Shown piece after piece: positions 48,156-58,712 of a DNA stretch of 64,000 nt. A model generated the notes under the pieces. That model did not search any database and was not told the DNA's origin. It saw only the letters and a program-made list of their open reading frames with translations. This DNA is from Nitrospirota bacterium (GTDB lineage: Bacteria; Nitrospirota; UBA9217): assembly GCA_963818475.1 (NCBI GenBank), contig CAWFSF010000002.1:672001-736000 (forward strand), given 5' to 3'. Position numbers and translations under genes: made by a program. Every line of letters begins with the position of its first letter. The stretch's first letter is position 1.

Positions 48156-48171
48156 GGGCTCAGAAACTGCA

Positions 48172-48290
48172 AGCCGCAAATTTGCGCAGAAAAGGCGGAT
48201 AAACCAACCCGTGATGGACGCCAGGAGAACAAGTGCTCCACGGTTTACATTAAAGAATTTCATCTGCGTTCATCTGCGAAATCTGCGGCC
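48172..48290. repeat. Palindromic element with 9-10 nt periodic arms
   Basis: GCCGCAAATTTGCGCAGAAAAGGCGGAT / ATCTGCGTTCATCTGCGAAATCTGCGGC. Confidence 0.65.
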
Positions 48291-48324
48291 AAAGATTTGA
48301 AATAATTTCAAGGAGGATCCACTC

Positions 48325-48718
48325 ATGTTAAAGAAGGGTTCAGGCACAACGGAGCAGGGAGAGATCAGGGCATTCCTGGGCAAAGGCACGGAGTTCAAGG
48401 GCGTGCTCAGCTTCGAAGGCACCATCCGCGTTGACGGCAAGGTGGAAGGCGAGATCGTTTCCAAGGACACGCTGATCGCCGGCGACGGCGCATTCCTCCA
48501 GGGCGAGATCACCGTGGGAACGATCATCTCGAGCGGCAAGATCGTCGGCAACATCAACGCGAGCCAGAAGGTGCACCTCCTCGCTCCCGGCACGGTACAG
48601 GGAAACATCAAGACGCCCAAGCTCATCATCGAAGAAGGCGTTACCTTTGACGGCAAGTGCGAGATGGTCGGAGAGAAGAAAGGCCGAGCAGAAGGTCGTT
48701 TCGATGACGGACCGGTAG
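48325..48718 (+). CDS. Bactofilin (polymer-forming cytoskeletal protein), probable frameshift near 48680
   Basis: FLGKGTEFKGVLSFEGTIRVDGKVEG...GNIKTPKLIIEEGVTFDGKCEM. Confidence 0.88.
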
Positions 48719-48927
48719 ATTCTCCGCGACAAACCTCACTATCGCAAGTTCATAGAATGCCCGCACCGCTTAAAAAGAGCGTGAACGAAGCTTGGCAAAT
48801 GGGCTTGCAGGTCGGGTAGGGCAGCACAAAATCCGACGCAATTGAATTTGCATCTTACCCTGATTTTTGTTAAAGTACAAAAAAGCAAATCATGTAAATC
48901 GTTGAAGCTTAAACGGAGGCAGTCACG

Positions 48928-49149
48928 GTGCTCAAACAACTTACAGCGATCATCGAACGTGAGGGAGATGGGTTCGTATCTCTCTGCCCCGAACTTGACA
49001 TTGCGAGCCAGGGCAGCACGATTGAAGAGGCGCGCAACAACCTTCAGGAGGCGCTGGAACTTTTCTTCGAAACGGCTTCACCCGCGGAAGTTAAGCAGCG
49101 TCTGCATGAGGAGGTCTACATAACACGCCTGGAGGTAGCGGTTGGGTAA
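48928..49149 (+). CDS. hicB: HicB-family antitoxin
   Basis: LCPELDIASQGSTIEEARNNLQEALEL. Confidence 0.88.
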   Translation: MLKQLTAIIEREGDGFVSLCPELDIASQGSTIEEARNNLQEALELFFETASPAEVKQRLHEEVYITRLEVAVG

Positions 49150-49363
49150 GCTGCGCGTTTTGTCCGGGAAGGATGCATGCGCTATCCTGGCAAAGCATGG
49201 TTTTGTTGAAGTACGACAACGCGGCAGCCACATCGTGATGCAGAAAAAACTCCCGGACACCACCCTCACCGTGCCGGTCCCGAATCACTCTGAGCTACGA
49301 ACCGGAACTCTTCAATCCATCATTCGGCAGTCTGGAATACTCCGGAGCGAGTTCGAATCATAA
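49142..49363 (+). CDS. hicA: HicA-family toxin
   Basis: GF..VRQRGSH...VPVPNH.EL..GTL.SI. Confidence 0.9.
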   Translation: MGKLRVLSGKDACAILAKHGFVEVRQRGSHIVMQKKLPDTTLTVPVPNHSELRTGTLQSIIRQSGILRSEFES

Positions 49364-49404
49364 ACGCGGAGCCTGACGGAGCCTTAAGAACAAAGGACCA
49401 TGAT

Positions 49405-52400
49405 ATGATCATTATGCATCTCTTCCGCACCCCAGCGCTCTCCGCTTACCAGACCACCGGCCTCTTGACAGCTGCTCAGCAAAAAGTTTCTCCCGCTATT
49501 CAGAAGATCGTGACGGAATTCTGTTTTAACGCAGCCGCAGAAAGCCCGCTCTCAGCCGATGAGATGCGCTTGCTGCGCTGGCTCCTTACCGAGACCTTCG
49601 AACCGAAGAACTTTTCGGACACCTCGTTTCTCAATCCGCAATCCGCAAGGAGACCTGTCCCGATCGAATCGGGAAATCCGCAATTGATTCTCGAAGTCGG
49701 TCCCCGCATGAACTTCACCACTGCCTGGTCCTCCAATGCGGTCTCGGTCTGCCAAGCCTGCGGCATTAAAAAAATAACGAGGATCGAACGCTCACGACGG
49801 TACCGGCTGGACCTTGCTCAGAACGCTTCGCTCTCCAAAGATCAGGAGCGGACCTTCCTTAGCCTCGTGCATGACCGCATGACCGAGTGCCCTTATCCAA
49901 AGCCGCTTGAAACTTTCGAGACCGGCATCAAGCCTGAACCCGTGCGCATCATCCCGCTCATGGAGCAGGGGAGGGCCGCGCTCGAAAAGATCAACCGCGA
50001 GATGGGCCTGGGGCTCGACGACTGGGACCTGGACTATTACACGAACCTCTTTGTAAAGGACATCAAGCGCAACCCGACGAACGTGGAGTGCTTCGACCTT
50101 TCGCAGTCCAACAGCGAGCACTCGCGCCACTGGTTCTTCCGCGGCAAGCTCATCGTTGACGGCAAGGAAGTTCCCGAAAACCTGATGAAGATCGTGAAGG
50201 CGACCTACGACGCGAACCCGAACAACAGCGTCATCGCCTTCAGCGACAACTCGAGCGCCATCACGGGCTACGACATTACCACCATCATCCCCGAGACCAT
50301 CGGCAAACCGTCGCCCTTCCGCCAGACGAAACGGAAGTACCATGTCATCCTGACGGCGGAAACGCACAACTTCCCGTCGGGCGTGGCGCCGTTCCCCGGC
50401 GCCGAGACCGGCACCGGCGGGCGCATCCGCGACGTGCAGGCGACCGGCACGGGCGGCCTCGTGGTCGCGGGCACGGCTGCCTACTGCGTGGGCAACCTCC
50501 GCATCCCGGGGTACGAGCTTCCCTGGGAAGACGCCTCATATGCTTATCCGAATAATCTTGCCTCGCCGCTGCAGATCGAGGTTGAAGCGAGCAACGGCGC
50601 GTCCGATTACGGCAACAAGTTCGGAGAGCCCGTGATCCAGGGATTCACCCGCTCCTTCGGCCTCCGGCTTCCCGACGGCGAGCGCAGGGAATGGCTCAAG
50701 CCGATCATGTTCAGCGCCGGCGTGGGCCAGATGGACGCCCGCCACACGGAAAAGACCGAGGCGCAGAAGGGCATGCTCGTGGTCAAGGTCGGCGGCCCGG
50801 CCTACCGCATCGGCATGGGCGGCGGAGCAGCCTCGTCCATGATCCAGGGCGAGAACGTGGCCGAGCTCGACTTTAACGCGGTGCAGCGCGGCGACGCTGA
50901 GATGGAACAGAAGATGAACCGCGTGATCCGCGCCTGCGTGGAGCTCGGGGAGAAGAACCCGATCCAGAGCATCCACGACCAGGGCGCAGGCGGCAACTGC
51001 AACGTGGTGAAGGAGATCGTGCATCCGGCAGGCGCCAAGATCGAGATCAGGAAGATCATTGTGGGCGATGCAACACTTTCGGTGCTCGAGATCTGGGGCG
51101 CCGAATATCAGGAGCAGAACGCGCTCCTGCTGAAGCCGGAGCACGAGGAACTCTTCCGTTCGCTCTGCGAGCGCGAGAAGATTCCTGTTGCCATCATCGG
51201 CACGATCACGGGCAACGGCTATATCGTTCTGTATGATGAGACAGACAACTCCACGCCCGAGAACCTTGAGCTTGCCAAGGTGCTGGGCGACATGCCGCAG
51301 AAGGTGTTCACGCTCGACCGGAAAAAGACCGAGCTCAAACCGCTCGAACTTCCGAAGGACCTGACCGTGCGCCAAGCGCTGGACCGCGTGCTGCGGCTCG
51401 TTTCGGTCGGGTCCAAGCGGTTCCTCACGAACAAGGTCGACCGCTCGGTCACGGGCCTGATCGCGCGTCAGCAATGCTGCGGCCCGCTCCAGCTCACGGT
51501 CTCCGACGTGGCGGTGATCGCCCAGTCGCACTTCGGCCTGACCGGCGCGGCCATCTCGATCGGCGAGCAGCCGATCAAGGAATTGATCGATCCCGCTGCC
51601 ATGGCCAGGATGAGCGTCGGCGAAGCGCTCACGAACATTGTCTGGGCAGAGGTCTCCGGGCTGGGCGATATCCGCTGCTCTGCCAACTGGATGTGGGCGC
51701 CCAAGCTCCCGGGCGAAGGTTCACGGCTCTATGATGCTGCAATCGCGATGCGCGATGTGATGATCGAGCTCGGCATGGCAGTGGACGGCGGCAAGGACAG
51801 CCTCTCCATGGCCGCAAAAGTAACGAACCCTGATGGAACGCACGAGACCGTGAAATCTCCCGGTACGCTCGTGATCTCCGCCTACGTCACCTGCCCGGAC
51901 ATTACAAAGACGATAACGCCGGACATCAAGATGCCGGGCAAGAGCAGGCTCCTGTTCATCGATCTCGGCAACGGACAGAACAGGCTCGGCGGTTCAGCGC
52001 TTGCGCAGGTCTTCGGACAGGTCGGTGACACGTTCGCCTGATCTCGACGATCCGCAGCTTCTCGCGAGGACGTTCAATGCCGTGCAGCAACTTGTCTCCG
52101 ATGAACTCATTCTCTCCGGCCACGACCGCTCCGACGGCGGACTGGCAACCACACTGCTTGAAATGGCCTTTGCCGGAAACTGCGGCATCGAGATCGATCT
52201 CGGAAAACAGAACGACACGATAGCAGCCCTGTTCTCGGAAGAGCTCGGGCTCGTGATGGAATATCTCCCCTCTGAAGAAGCGAAGATCTTCTCGATCCTC
52301 GACAAGGCAAACGTTCCCTATCAAGTCATCGGCAACACCACGCATGACCAACGCATCACTATTTCAATCCGAAATCCGCAATCCCCCGGCCTGCATCCTC

Positions 52401-53416
52401 TCTCCATTGGAACCGGGGCAGGCGAAATCCGCAATGTCCTAAGCGACTACACGTCACTGCTCCGGGACATCTGGGAAGCGACGAGCTATCAGCTCGATCT
52501 TCTGCAGCGGAACCCCGACAGCATCGAGGACGAGCGGAAGAACATCTATGACCGCAAAGGCCCTTCCTTTGTCGTGCCGTTCATACCAAAGCAGACAGCG
52601 GATGAGCTGTTCTGCAGAACGAACAAACCGAAGGTCGCCGTCATCCGTGAAGAAGGGAGCAATGGGGACCGCGAAATGGTCTCGGCCTTTTTCATGGCCG
52701 GGTTCGAGCCATGGGACGTGACCGTCACTGACCTGATCGAAGGCCGCATCACGCTCGACCAGTTCCGGGGCGTGGTCTTTGTGGGCGGGTTCAGCTATGC
52801 GGACGTGCTCGATTCCGCCAAAGGCTGGGCCGCTTCCATCCGGTTCAACAGAAAGGTCTGGGACCAGTTCGAAAAATTCTATCATCGCACCGACACGTTC
52901 AGCCTCGGCGTCTGCAACGGGTGCCAGCTCATGGCGCTCCTGGGCTGGGTCCCGTGGCGCGGCATCAGCGACGAGCTCCAGCCGCGCTTCATCCACAACA
53001 AGTCGGGACGGTTCGAATCACGCTTCTCGACCGTGAAGATCCTCAAGAGCCCGTCCATTATGCTTTCCGGCATGGAGAATGCCGTGCTCGGCATCTGGGT
53101 GGCGCACGGCGAAGGCCTGGCCTACTTCCCGGACAAGAACATGTTCAAGGAATGCGAACACGGCCTGGCACCGATCAGATACGTGAATGACGAATCAAGG
53201 ATAACTCAAGCCTATCCGTTCAACCCCAACGGCTCGCCCGCGGGCATTGCCGGGCTCTGCTCGCCCGATGGCCGTCACCTCGCCGTGATGCCGCACCCCG
53301 AGCGCGTTGTGCTGAACTGGCAATGGGGCTGGATGCCCGAGGAGATGAAGAAGTCCCTCGCCGCTTCTCCCTGGCTCAGGATGTTCCAGAATGCGCGGGA
53401 GTGGTGCGAGAAATAA
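49405..53416 (+). CDS. purL: Phosphoribosylformylglycinamidine synthase (large fused type), frameshift near 52038
   Basis: QSNSEHSRH, AETHNFP, IHDQGAGG, GGKDSLSM; HDRSDGG, LGVCNGCQ, MPHPER in the second frame. Confidence 0.95.
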
Positions 53417-53466
53417 CAAGAGGTAGTAGCTGCATTTGATTCATGGAATCAAAATCAAGAAGGTAT

Positions 53467-53579
53467 TTTTGACACGGATAACTTCCGATAAAGACTCGGA
53501 TAACGTCGGATTTTTGAACACAACGGTCAGATCTTTATCCGCCCTTATCATACGTTAATCCGCTTCTTCCGTGTCAAAA
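53467..53579. repeat. Palindromic element TTTTGACACGGA...TCCGTGTCAAAA
   Basis: 12-bp terminal inverted repeat with internal CGGAT/ATCCG units. Confidence 0.7.
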
Positions 53580-53601
53580 GATCCGTTTAGATTTATACGT
53601 A

Positions 53602-53874
53602 ATGAACCTTATCTTTAGGCACATACTGTTTCCTGCCCTCGCGCCACTTCTGTTTTTCAGCGTGGCCGCAACACCGGTCGAGTTCTTCGGCTGCCGAACA
53701 CGCGGGCTGCTTGCACTCACGATCGCGCTGGTTGGCGTTCTGGCCGGACTGAGTACGGCCATCATGGGTGCAAAGAGCAGGCTGCGCCGTGACCCGGCGG
53801 CGAACTGGTGGATCTCCTCATTGATCCTGGCCATACCGGCGATCGCAGTGCTTATTATTGCGAGCAGCCGTTGA
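53602..53874 (+). CDS. Small three-TM membrane protein
   Basis: Three hydrophobic stretches; TPVEFFGCRTRGL. Confidence 0.6.
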   Translation: MNLIFRHILFPALAPLLFFSVAATPVEFFGCRTRGLLALTIALVGVLAGLSTAIMGAKSRLRRDPAANWWISSLILAIPAIAVLIIASSR

Positions 53875-53931
53875 CTTCTACACACGGGTACGGTGACAGA
53901 CCCGTCAGGGTTGATTATTGCGAAGAGTTCA

Positions 53932-54195
53932 ATGAAGAATAAACAGCACGCCATGCAGTTTCCCTGCGAATTCCCGATCAAGGTTATGGGTTTGAACACA
54001 GAGGTGTTCCAATCGGCAATACGCGCTATTATCCGAAAGCATGTGAACACTGATGATATCGCCTACTCCAGCCAGCCCAGCCGCGGAGACAAATACCTGT
54101 CCATCACCGCTACCTTCACTGCTCAGAGCAAAGAGCAGCTCGACGCCCTGTACCAGGAATTGAATGGCCACGAACTCGTCCTGATGACGCTCTAG
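53932..54195 (+). CDS. DUF493/YbeD family protein
   Basis: FPCEFPIKVMG, S..GKYLSIT-like segment, QLDALYQEL..HELVLMTL. Confidence 0.88.
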   Translation: MKNKQHAMQFPCEFPIKVMGLNTEVFQSAIRAIIRKHVNTDDIAYSSQPSRGDKYLSITATFTAQSKEQLDALYQELNGHELVLMTL

Positions 54196-54335
54196 AAGCC
54201 CGCAAAAACAACGAACCATCCCCTTGGAAGACCCTCGTCCTTCGCCTCTTTTATCTCATGCTCGAAAATCAAATCCTTCCGGCGGCCCTTAGTAACTAAA
54301 GAATAAAATTCTTCTCAAAATAGCAGGAAAGTTTC

Positions 54336-54424
54336 CCACGAAGAACACGAAGCGCGCGAAGTTAAAATCAATATTTTGATATTGCCTTTTTCGACTTTTT
54401 CGTGATCTTCGTGCCCTTCGTGGT
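54336..54424. repeat. Palindromic element with 9-nt periodic CACGAA arms
   Basis: CCACGAAGAACACGAAGCGCGCGAA / TTCGTGATCTTCGTGCCCTTCGTGG. Confidence 0.7.
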
Positions 54425-54559
54425 GGCTTTTTGGCTCCGGCTTGTTCGGGTTAGGGATTGCAATGAAATGCACCTGCCTTGAAACAGCCGCCTTCGTCTG
54501 CTACAGTAAAAACAGGCACTGCTTTTGGCCCTTTGCCCAAAATCCCGTGACTAGAGGAG

Positions 54560-54838
54560 ATGAACATGAAGAAAGTTCTTGCACTGGTAGTAGTGGCACT
54601 ACTCGCTGCATCTGCAGTTCTGGCAGCCGACATCGTCACGCTCAGTTCGAAGATGGGTGACGTCACCTTTAACCACAAGGTCCACAGCACGGGAACGGAA
54701 TGCACTGTCTGCCATGGAGAGGGCACGCCCGGGAAGCTGACGCTCGAAAAAGATCCAGCACACAAATTATGCATCGCTTGCCATGAAACAAAGAAAGCCG
54801 GGCCTACAAAATGTCAGGACTGCCACAAGAAAAAATGA
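54560..54838 (+). CDS. Periplasmic triheme cytochrome c7 (PpcA-like)
   Basis: Signal peptide; GDVTFNHKVH, CTVCH, AHKLCIACH, GPTKCQDCH. Confidence 0.88.
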   Translation: MNMKKVLALVVVALLAASAVLAADIVTLSSKMGDVTFNHKVHSTGTECTVCHGEGTPGKLTLEKDPAHKLCIACHETKKAGPTKCQDCHKKK

Positions 54839-54847
54839 TCTCCTCCC

Positions 54848-54872
54848 GGGCCCCGCAAGGGGCCTTTTCCTT
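54848..54872 (+). terminator. Intrinsic terminator
   Basis: GGCCCC-GCAA-GGGGCC followed by TTTT. Confidence 0.75.
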
Positions 54873-55084
54873 TTCCGACATTTCAACGCTTCTGCGTTTT
54901 AAAATGTTTTCCTGCTGGTATACGCATGCAACGAGGTCCTCGCGGCCGCCGCGCCGCGAAAATGCGCCTTTTATCTTGACACTCAAAAATGCCGAGTATA
55001 TATTTTTACCAGAACGATGGCGGAGAGGGATGCAGGGGAACGTGCTGCTTTCTTTCCTGACGCGTCATAAGGAGAACATCATTG

Positions 55085-55894
55085 GTGACGACGCGCCTTA
55101 CAGAAGCTCAGGTCACGCAGGCCTGTAAGACCCTTTTCGGATCGGACGTAATTGTCCGCCGGCCTTTTCTTCTGTACATCCAGCCGAGCGGGGCCAAGTC
55201 CGCCTATCGGCGGAAGGCCAAGGAAACGCATCCCGATCTCTTTGCCGGCGCAGATCCCCTTGAGCAGAGAAAGCAGGCCCTGTTGTTCATCGAGATCCTG
55301 AAGGCCTATGATGTGCTGAATGCTTTTTTCAAGCAGCGGGACGAGGGGCTTTGGAAGGAAGTGAAGAAGGCGACGGCGCCACGGACACAGCGTGCAGCAC
55401 CGAAGAAGCCGGAGGCTGCGCGCAAGCAGCCTCCGAAGCCTTCTGAAAAGGCCACGCAGTTCTGGGGAGGCGGGGTCCCGTTCCGGCCGCTCGAGATCGG
55501 CCGCTATCTCTATTACAGCAAGCGCATCTCCTACCAGGCGTTGATCGACGCCCTGATCTGGCAGCGAAACCAGCGGCCCATTATCGGCGAGATTGCAGTC
55601 AGGTGGGGATGGCTCAACGCCGGCGCCATCGACCGCATCGCCCAGTCCAGCGGGGTTTCAGGCCGGTTCGGCGAGAAAGCGATAGGTCTCGGCCTGCTCT
55701 CGTCCTTCCAGGTAAAGACGCTGCTGTCCTTTCAACGGTCACAGCAGGAGCGACTGGGACACTATTTCGTCAAGCACAAACTGCTTGCCAAAGACGACCT
55801 GGAACGCTTTGTCGCGGACCTGCAGGATCACAACGCGCGCGTCGTTGCGCGGTTCATGAGGACCGGCGAGCCCGAGCAGACCGCCAACGCCTGA
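55085..55894 (+). CDS. J-domain (DnaJ-like) protein
   Basis: KSAYRRKAKETHPD...AYDVL; C-terminal repeats IG.YL/IGEIA/FGEKA/LGHYF. Confidence 0.8.
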   Translation: MTTRLTEAQVTQACKTLFGSDVIVRRPFLLYIQPSGAKSAYRRKAKETHPDLFAGADPLEQRKQALLFIEILKAYDVLNAFFKQRDEGLWKEVKKATAPRTQRAAPKKPEAARKQPPKPSEKATQFWGGGVPFRPLEIGRYLYYSKRISYQALIDALIWQRNQRPIIGEIAVRWGWLNAGAIDRIAQSSGVSGRFGEKAIGLGLLSSFQVKTLLSFQRSQQERLGHYFVKHKLLAKDDLERFVADLQDHNARVVARFMRTGEPEQTANA

Positions 55895-56090
55895 CCCTGG
55901 TAACTAAAGATACCATTGGACACGGATAACAGAATAGGCAGTCTAAGCGAACTCGGATAAACGCGGATAGAGACAATGCTGAACTGTTTTTGATCGCTAC
56001 ATGACTACTGCTTTTGATTGCGAAGAGCGTTTCAACTCATAGCTTGGTCCTATCTGCGATCGCGTATATCTTCGCCATGTCGGGTCAGTG

Positions 56091-56842
56091 TTATTCAAGC
56101 GCGACCGTAAAGCTTCCCGGATACCCGCGCTCTGAAAAGTTCTTCTCCGCTTCTTCCGCAGCGCTCAACGACGAGTACTTGCCCGCATAGACGCGGTAGA
56201 AGAGTCGCCATTCACGTTCGTCATGCGCACGTCCGAAAACCCGTAGAGCTTTCGCATTTCCCCGGACAGCCGCTCTGCATTCGCCTTCTCCTTGAACGCT
56301 CCGACCTGCACGGTGTAGTCGCCTGCATCGTAGGAGGCCGGCGCCTTATACTGCTCCTTGCCGCCGTCCTGCCGGTATCCCAGGGCTTCGATCCGAACGA
56401 GCGCTGTGCCGGCCATATCGACACCAAGTGTTTTCGCTGCTGCGTAGGAGAGGTCGAGGATGCGGCCCTTGACAAAGGGGCCGCGGTCGTTCACCCGGAC
56501 CGTTGTTTCGCGTCCGTTCTCCCGGTTGCTGACCTTGAGGTACACGCCGAGCGGCAGGGTCTTGTGCGCCGCGGTCATGGCGTGCATATCGTAGATCTCT
56601 CCGTTGCTCGTTTTCTTGCCGTGAAAGTCCTTGCCGTACCAGCTCGCGACGCCGGACTGCACAAATCCTTCGTGGCTCCGGAGCGGCTCATAGCGCTGGC
56701 CGTTCACGGTGTACGGTTTCTGCGACGCCTTGACCCGCTGCCCCGGTTCGGGCGACTTCGCAACATTTGCTTTTTTTGTTCCGCAGGCTGAAAGAGCCAG
56801 GATACAGCAGAGAACAAGGAGAGAAGGTCTGAATATCCGCAT
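56091..56842 (-). CDS. rlpA: Septal ring lytic transglycosylase RlpA with SPOR domain, frameshift near 56205
   Basis: Lipobox LSAC; GVASWYG, TAAHKTLP, RVNDRGPF, YTVQVGAF. Confidence 0.92.
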
Positions 56843-56966
56843 CGAGCCCCCAGTATGTTGGACTGCTCCTCCTAAAAAACCGTTCCGCAACAGAGAAGAG
56901 TGATGCTATAATACGGATTATCGTATGCAAGAGCAATAATAAATATTGCATCCAAAAGGAGCGACC

Positions 56967-57272
56967 ATGATCAAACATCTGGTGATGTGGAAACTGAAAG
57001 ACGTTGCCGAAGGCGCAACCAAAGAACAGAATGCACGGAAAATGAAAACCGACCTGGAGGCGCTCAAACACAAGATCCCTCAGGTCAGGCAGATCGAGGT
57101 CGGACTGAACTTCCTCCCGTCGGATTCTGCCTATGATGTGGCGCTCTATTCGGAATTCGAGACCGAAGAGGACCTGGCGCTCTACCAGAAGCATCCGGAA
57201 CATCGCAGCGTCGGCGCATTTGTTGCAAAGATCGCGGAGAGCCGTGTTGTTGTTGACTATAAAACGAACTGA
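56967..57272 (+). CDS. Dabb family stress-responsive A/B barrel protein
   Basis: MIKHLVMWKLK...YQKHPEH...VVDY. Confidence 0.88.
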   Translation: MIKHLVMWKLKDVAEGATKEQNARKMKTDLEALKHKIPQVRQIEVGLNFLPSDSAYDVALYSEFETEEDLALYQKHPEHRSVGAFVAKIAESRVVVDYKTN

Positions 57273-57298
57273 GAAGAAGGCTTCCGGCACCAGTGCAA

Positions 57299-57323
57299 GG
57301 GCGGGTTTCAAACCCGCCCCTAC
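57299..57323 (-). repeat. Single GTAG-type REP
   Basis: Minus strand GTAGGGGCGGGTTTGAAACCCGCCC. Confidence 0.75.
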
Positions 57324-57338
57324 TTGTCAGGAGAAACA

Positions 57339-58288
57339 ATGGACCGGATGGTAACAACAAAACCACAGGCTCTCGTCGTCAGTGCCGCAGATGCCGGACA
57401 GCGGATAGATGCATTTGCCGCGCACAGCACGGGCATGTCCCGATCGCGTGCGGCCGGTCTCGTGGAGGAAGGCCATGTCCTTGTCAACGGCAAAGAGCGT
57501 AAAGCCCTCGGCAAAACTGCGACTCGGAGACGAGGTATCTATTCGCCTTCCCGAGCCTGCCCCCGATGACACGCTCATCCCCGAGGACATTCCGCTCCGG
57601 ATACTCTTCAAGGATGAACACCTGGTCGTTATCGACAAACCAGCAGGCCTCGTCGTGTATCCGGCTGCCGGGCATCGAAGCGGAACGCTTATGAACGCTT
57701 TGCGGTATCTGGTGGGCCCGCTGTCCGCTCCCGGTGGGCCGCTGCGGCCCGGCGTGGTCCATCGTCTTGACAAGGACACCTCGGGCGTCATGGTGGTTGC
57801 TCTGGATGACGCGTCCTATTATTCGCTGGTGGAGCAGTTCAGGGCGCGGACGATCCGGCGGGAATACCGGGCACTGGTATTCGGCTGTCCGTCTGCGAAA
57901 GAAGGTGAGATCGATGCGCAGATCGGGCGCTCTACCGCCGACCGGAAAAAAATGTCCGTTCACAGCCACGCGGGCAAGGAGGCAAGGACCTCCTGGAAAC
58001 TCCTCAAAAAATTGAACGGAGCGGCCTTCGTCAGCGCAAAGCTCGGCACGGGAAGGACGCACCAGATCCGGGTGCATTTTCTTTCCCTGGGCCACCCCGT
58101 GCTGGGCGACCGGATCTACGGAGAAAAGACCTCGATCATGCAGAACAACAAACGGATCTCGTTCCCGCGCCAGATGCTTCACGCCGCGACCCTTGGGTTC
58201 ACTGCACCCGGTGAGCAACGAATGGATAAGCTTTGAATCCCCCCTGCCTGAGGACATGGAAAAGGCGCTGACGGAGCTTGGCGGGTGA
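57339..58288 (+). CDS. rluD: RluA/RluD family pseudouridine synthase, frameshifts near 57505 and 58215
   Basis: S4 domain GQRID; DKPAGLVV, VHRLDKDTSG, GRTHQIRVH, GD..YG, LHA. Confidence 0.88.
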
Positions 58289-58375
58289 GACATGAAGGCC
58301 GCGCCTTCAGATTCGAATAGCTGGTGTCTTGACAGATGTCGCTTGTGTAGTGTATTGAAGTATAGGAGGTGCGCC

Positions 58376-58478
58376 ATGAGATCAGTCCTGTCAATAAGTT
58401 TGCCCGATAAGGTTGCCCATGAGCTCGACCGGTTCGCAAAGAGCTAGGGGCGGAACAAGAGCGACGTTGTTAAAGAGC
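58376..58478 (+). pseudogene. Truncated CopG/ribbon-helix-helix antitoxin-like gene at the island border
   Basis: MRSVLSISLPDKVAHELDRFAKS*GRNKSDVVKE; AGGAGG RBS; TTGACA at 58329; internal TAG stop. Confidence 0.65.
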
Positions 58479-58712
58479 GGACGACGCAACGGGTGTAAAA
58501 ACGTTATATAGGCGCCCTAAGGGGGGGCGGCCAGGGCGATACATACAATCCGTTTGACACGATAATTAAATAGGCCTAAGATTAAAATACCACTGTGTAT
58601 TTTCAAGCCCCCGTGTTACAGAAACGTGGGCCGCAAAGGCAGAATAATGAGCTTTGCTCGCTTCTTAACTGAAATCCACGTTTTGAGAATAGCAAGAGAA
58701 GGGGTGTAATAC

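Noticed and set aside
48928-49363. hicB-hicA as a novel system
   Set aside because: An ordinary, well-known type II toxin-antitoxin pair.
52030-52045. Possible programmed split of purL into synthetase and glutaminase parts
   Set aside because: The break falls inside the synthetase region, not at the glutaminase boundary, and resembles the other indel errors.
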